From: Macrostomum lignano
Lineage: Eukaryota
Reading direction: 5' to 3'
DNA length: 54,250 nt
Assembly: GCA_002269645.1 (NCBI GenBank)
Contig: NIVC01004221.1
Coordinates: forward strand, 1-54,250
How positions within the stretch are numbered: the first letter of the stretch is position 1; the number at the start of each line of letters is the position of its first letter. Under the pieces are notes generated by a model, which saw only the letters and a program-made list of their open reading frames with translations, did no database searches and was not told where the DNA came from. Positions 50,584 through 54,250 of this stretch are shown one piece after another. Made by a program: the position numbers and the translations under genes.

Positions 50584-52499
50584 TCAAGTCTGCCTCTTGA
50601 ACCACCGGTAGGCAACCACGTTGTCCATACTCACGGTCTGAAATGCGATACACGGGTCTACCTCTGACTCTTTAAGTTAAGAGTTGAGATATGGGATTCG
50701 AGCTCGGGACCTAGGATTCGAATTCAAGAAATGAGATTCGAGCCCAGGACCACTGATTCAAATTCAAGAAATGAGATTCGAGCCCAGGACCACTGATTCA
50801 AACTCAACAAATGCGGTTCTAAGGACCACTGATTCAACTCAAGAAATGAGATTCGAGCCCAGGACCACTGATTCGAATGAGATTCGAAGAAATGAGATTC
50901 GAGCCCATGACCACTGATTCGAATTCAATAAATGAGATTCGAGCCCATGACCACTGATTCGAATTCAAGAAATGAGATTCGAGCCCATGACCACTGATTC
51001 GAATTCAAGAAATGAGATTCGAGCCAGGACCACTGATATTCGATTCGAATTCAACTCAGGAAATGAATTCATTCGAGCCCAGGACCATGGATTCGAATTC
51101 AAGAAATGAGATTCGAGCCCAGGACCACTAATATTAGAATTCAAGAAATGAGATTCGAACTCAGGACTACTGATTCGAGCTCAATATGATCTTAAGTTAT
51201 TCAGTGATTTAGAAAGCCCGCACGAACCACCAGCATTTCTCCGTTGGGCTCCAAGCTTCGAACAGTTTTCATTCCAGTAGTCTTCAAGTCGCCGCCAGCG
51301 CCCACGTCGGCCTGGTAAACGACGAGTTTTCCATCATCGGTCCACTCGGTGTAGTACTCCACCTGCTTGCCCGCCATCGCCATGTCGCCCTGCACCAGGG
51401 TGTCAAGCTCGTGCACCTGCTCCATGTTGAACATCATCGTCTTGGAGCTGATGCTAATCCGGCGATCGTCCAGTCGAGTCATCGTCACGGTTGGCGTGGC
51501 GTTGGCGCCCATCTTTCGGGCCATCCACGGGGCGCCTGCATGACATTGGGGATCGGCTTGAATCGGCTGTCTGCCTTAAGTTGGTCTGTCTACCTGTGTC
51601 TGATCCAGCCTGCCTCAGTCTGCGTCATTCTGTGTCTGCCTCATTCTGTGTCTGCGTCATTCTGTGTCTGCCTCATTCTGTGTCTGCCTCATTCTGTGTC
51701 TGCCTCATTCTGTGTCTGCCTCATTCTGCCTCATTCTGTCTGCGTCATTCTGTGTCTGCGTCATTCTGTGTCTGCGTCATTCTGTGTCTGCCTCATTCTG
51801 TGTCTGCCTCATTCTGTGTCTGCCTCATTCTGTCTGCGTCATTCTGTGTCTGCGTCATTCTGTGTCTGCGTCATTCTGTGTCTGCGTCATTCTGTGTCTG
51901 CGTCATTCTGTGTCTGCCTCATTCTGTGTCTGCCTCATTCTGTGTCTGCGTCATTCTGTGTCTGCCGTCATTCTGTGTCTGCCTCATTCTGTGTCTGCCT
52001 CATTCTGTGTCTGCCTCATTCTGTGTCTGCCTCATTCTGTGTCTGCCTCATTCTGTGTCTGCCTCATTCTGCCTCATTCTGTGTCTGCGTCATTCTGTGT
52101 CTGCCTCATTCTGTGTCTGCCTCAGCCTGTGCCTGCCTCAGCCTGTGTCTGCCTCATTCTGTGTCTGCCTCATTCTGTGTCTGCCTCATTCTGTGTCTGC
52201 CTCAGCCTGTGCCTGCCTCAGCCTGTGTCTGCCTCATTCTGTGTCTGCCTCATTCTGTGTCTGCCTCATTCTGTGTCTGCCTCAGCCTGTGCCTGCCTCA
52301 GCCTGTGTCTGCCTCATTCTGTGTCTGCCTCATTCTGTGTCTGCCTCAGCCTGTGCCTGCCTCAGCCTGTGTCTATCTCAGCTCATAACCCAGCCTCCAC
52401 CGCCTTACCCGCTTTCTCCATCAGCGCTGCCATATTCTCGCTCTTGTAGGCCTTCCACACGCCGAATAGCTGAGAATTCTCTTTGCCAGCAACTGCCAT
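50584..52499 (-). CDS. Fatty acid-binding protein (FABP, copy A). Exons 52499-52409, 51535-51228, 50637-50584; 150 aa
   Basis: MAVAGKENSQLFGVWKAYKSENMAALMEKAG|APWMARKMG...TVRSLEPNGEMLV|TVSMDNVVAYRWFKRQT*. Has the GxW motif and C-terminal RxF. Phase-1 and phase-0 introns sit at the positions of vertebrate FABP introns 1 and 3. Total 453 nt. Confidence 0.9.
50690..51180. repeat. About 40-bp minisatellite (gagattcgagcccaggaccactgattcgaattcaagaaat) in FABP-A intron 2
   Basis: About 12 imperfect copies. Confidence 0.9.
51614..52378. repeat. 16-bp minisatellite (tcattctgtgtctgcc), about 48 copies, FABP-A intron 1
   Basis: Directly visible; variant unit tcagcctgtgcctgcc interspersed near the 52125-52375 end. 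Confidence 0.96.
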
Positions 52500-53059
52500 G
52501 GCGGCTTCAATCAAGGATTTTCACTGCTTCTATTAAAGATAGAACGTTTAGATTTCTCTTTAATAACCCTGGGAATTGAAGCTTAGTCGTTTTCAGTACT
52601 TAAATGGGCTGTTCTTTAAAGCAGAGCTTTTCAGTATGGAGTGCTGACCTGTGTCTCTGGTGTACATTCCAGCCCGTACACTTTTACCCGTACATGCGTC
52701 GGCGTGAATGGGTTGAAAGCGTTTTACACTTCTGTGTCCTCTCGTTTCTCTCCTCTGCCGAAAACTCTATCCTCGCGTACCCTAACGAACGACCCCCCCG
52801 TTCCTATAGCGCTTTGCCAAAACGGCGTTATCGAGTCTTCCAAAGTTCCAAACTTGATTCTGCTTGCCCAAGCAGTCTAGCGGTTTATCAGCTTAGCTAA
52901 GAAAATTTTGACATACTGCTGCTGATAAATTGCTGTTCTGTGCTCTCGCTGTTGCGATTACCTCTTCGCGCGATGTTTCATTTCAATGTTGAGAATTGCC
53001 TGTGTATGCGAGCGAGGCTGGAGATAACATTAAAGGAGAGAGGAGAGCAAAGTACAGGT

Positions 53060-53310
53060 GCAGAGTAGAGTGGAGTTTGAGCAGAGTGGAGTAGAGTAGA
53101 ATCGCCCAGAGTAGAGTAAGCAGAGTAGAGTAGAGTAGAGTGGAAGTAAAGTATAGTGCAGTAGAGTACAGTAGAGTAGACTAGAATCAAGCAGACTAGA
53201 GTAAAGTATAGTATAGTTGAATAGAGTCAAGTGGAATAGAGTAGACTAGAGTAGAGTAGAGTAGAGCAGATCGTAGAGTAGAGTAGAGCAGAGTAGTAGT
53301 AGAGTGGAAG
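53060..53310. repeat. Degenerate (AGAGT)n pentanucleotide repeat between the FABP genes
   Basis: Runs of tagag/gtaga units. Confidence 0.85.
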
Positions 53311-53593
53311 AAGATTTTTTAAGACTGAAGAGATTTCAAAAAAAGCAAGTCTCCTATTACTGAAACAAAAACCTTATGTTTATTTGATGTCTAAGAACTG
53401 AAATGGAATTCTGCTCTGATTATTACGTACATGTAGAATTATATTCTTGGGCAGAACGATGGAAAAGTGTATTTATGCAGTATTAAATCTTGTCTTCAAG
53501 TAAGGATTGAAAGAAAACTTGTTATCTGTCAAGGTCACGTTTCCTGTTGACCAGATGTCTTCAATAGTTGCATGCTTTCTCCAACTCAAGCTC

Positions 53594-54250
53594 TTAGTTC
53601 TCCCGTTTGAACCAGCGGTATCCCGTCACATCTCCTTGGATAGACGTCTGCGGGGAGGTAACAGGGTCGAAGTTGGTTTTAAACTTTAGTCACTTTTCTG
53701 TCTGTGAATCAGTCACTCTCCTGTCCAAGGGTCAGTTCACTCTCCTGTCAGTCACTCTTACTCAGTCCATGGGTCAGTCACTGCACCCTAATTGGCAGAT
53801 CAGTCACTCTCCTGTCTGTGGGTCAAACACTCACTTCTATATGTATTTCAGATTGCTTCAAAGTATTATATATACTCATTGTCTATACAATGGAGGATAT
53901 CTCTATATCTGTCAGTCCTTTTCGCGGTCCCGTAGTACTCAGGCACGTACTCTCCGGTGGTTATATTCTGAGAACAGTTAATAAACAAATATAGCCCATG
54001 CAGTTTCCTACCACAAGCATCTCTCCGTTGGGCTCCAGGCTGCGAATCTGCTTGATGCCGGTGTTCTTCACGTCGCTGCCAGCCGGGCCCTGCGAAGAAA
54101 ATAAGGCGCCCGTCATCTGTCCATTCTGTCAGGAACGTCTGCGATTCGTTCTGAATGGTGGCTTGAATTCGACAATCTCGCGACCACGAAGATCTGATCC
54201 ATAGAGAAGATGGCCGACTTGGTGGTCATTTTGATTTGCTTGTCGTCGAC
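53594..54250 (-). CDS. Second FABP paralog (copy B), partial: exon 54250-54012 (5' end outside the window) and last exon 53647-53594; three 1-nt frameshifts (pseudogene or assembly error)
   Basis: VDDKQIKMTTKSAIFSMDQIFVV / EIVEFK / TIQNESQTFLTEWTDDGRLIF / SQGPAGSDVKNTGIKQIRSLEPNGEMLV|TSIQGDVTGYRWFKREN* aligns with copy A; same phase-0 intron and same 54-nt last exon. Confidence 0.85.

Noticed and set aside
46398-52579. Long low-complexity ORFs at 46398-47160, 49183-50286 and 51411-52579
   Set aside because: They are minisatellite read-through; only 47041-47447 (protocadherin last exon) is credible coding sequence.

Overview
Eukaryotic (animal) genomic DNA. It has spliced GC-rich exons, minisatellite-filled introns and AT-rich intergenic DNA littered with non-autonomous transposons. 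The style suggests a free-living flatworm such as Macrostomum (inference only). Genes reconstructed by hand from splice sites and reading frame: the 3' end of a very large acidic low-complexity exon (possibly giant ankyrin), importin alpha-3/4 (3 exons), a MORC3/4-like GHKL ATPase with a CW finger (5 exons), a 7-repeat protocadherin (6 exons), a small intronless RING + Sina-type zinc-finger gene, and two tandem fatty-acid-binding protein genes on the minus strand (the second is partial and frameshifted). Mobile DNA includes TA-flanked, hAT-like and Merlin-like MITEs with TSDs, two candidate solo LTRs and a tRNA-derived CORE-SINE. Six single-base-scale frameshifts in otherwise intact exons look like long-read consensus errors. 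The most unusual signal is a recurring intron architecture: a GTT 5' splice site, a private minisatellite, and an AATCCC/CCAATC-rich 3' end. No prokaryotic features and no CRISPR array.
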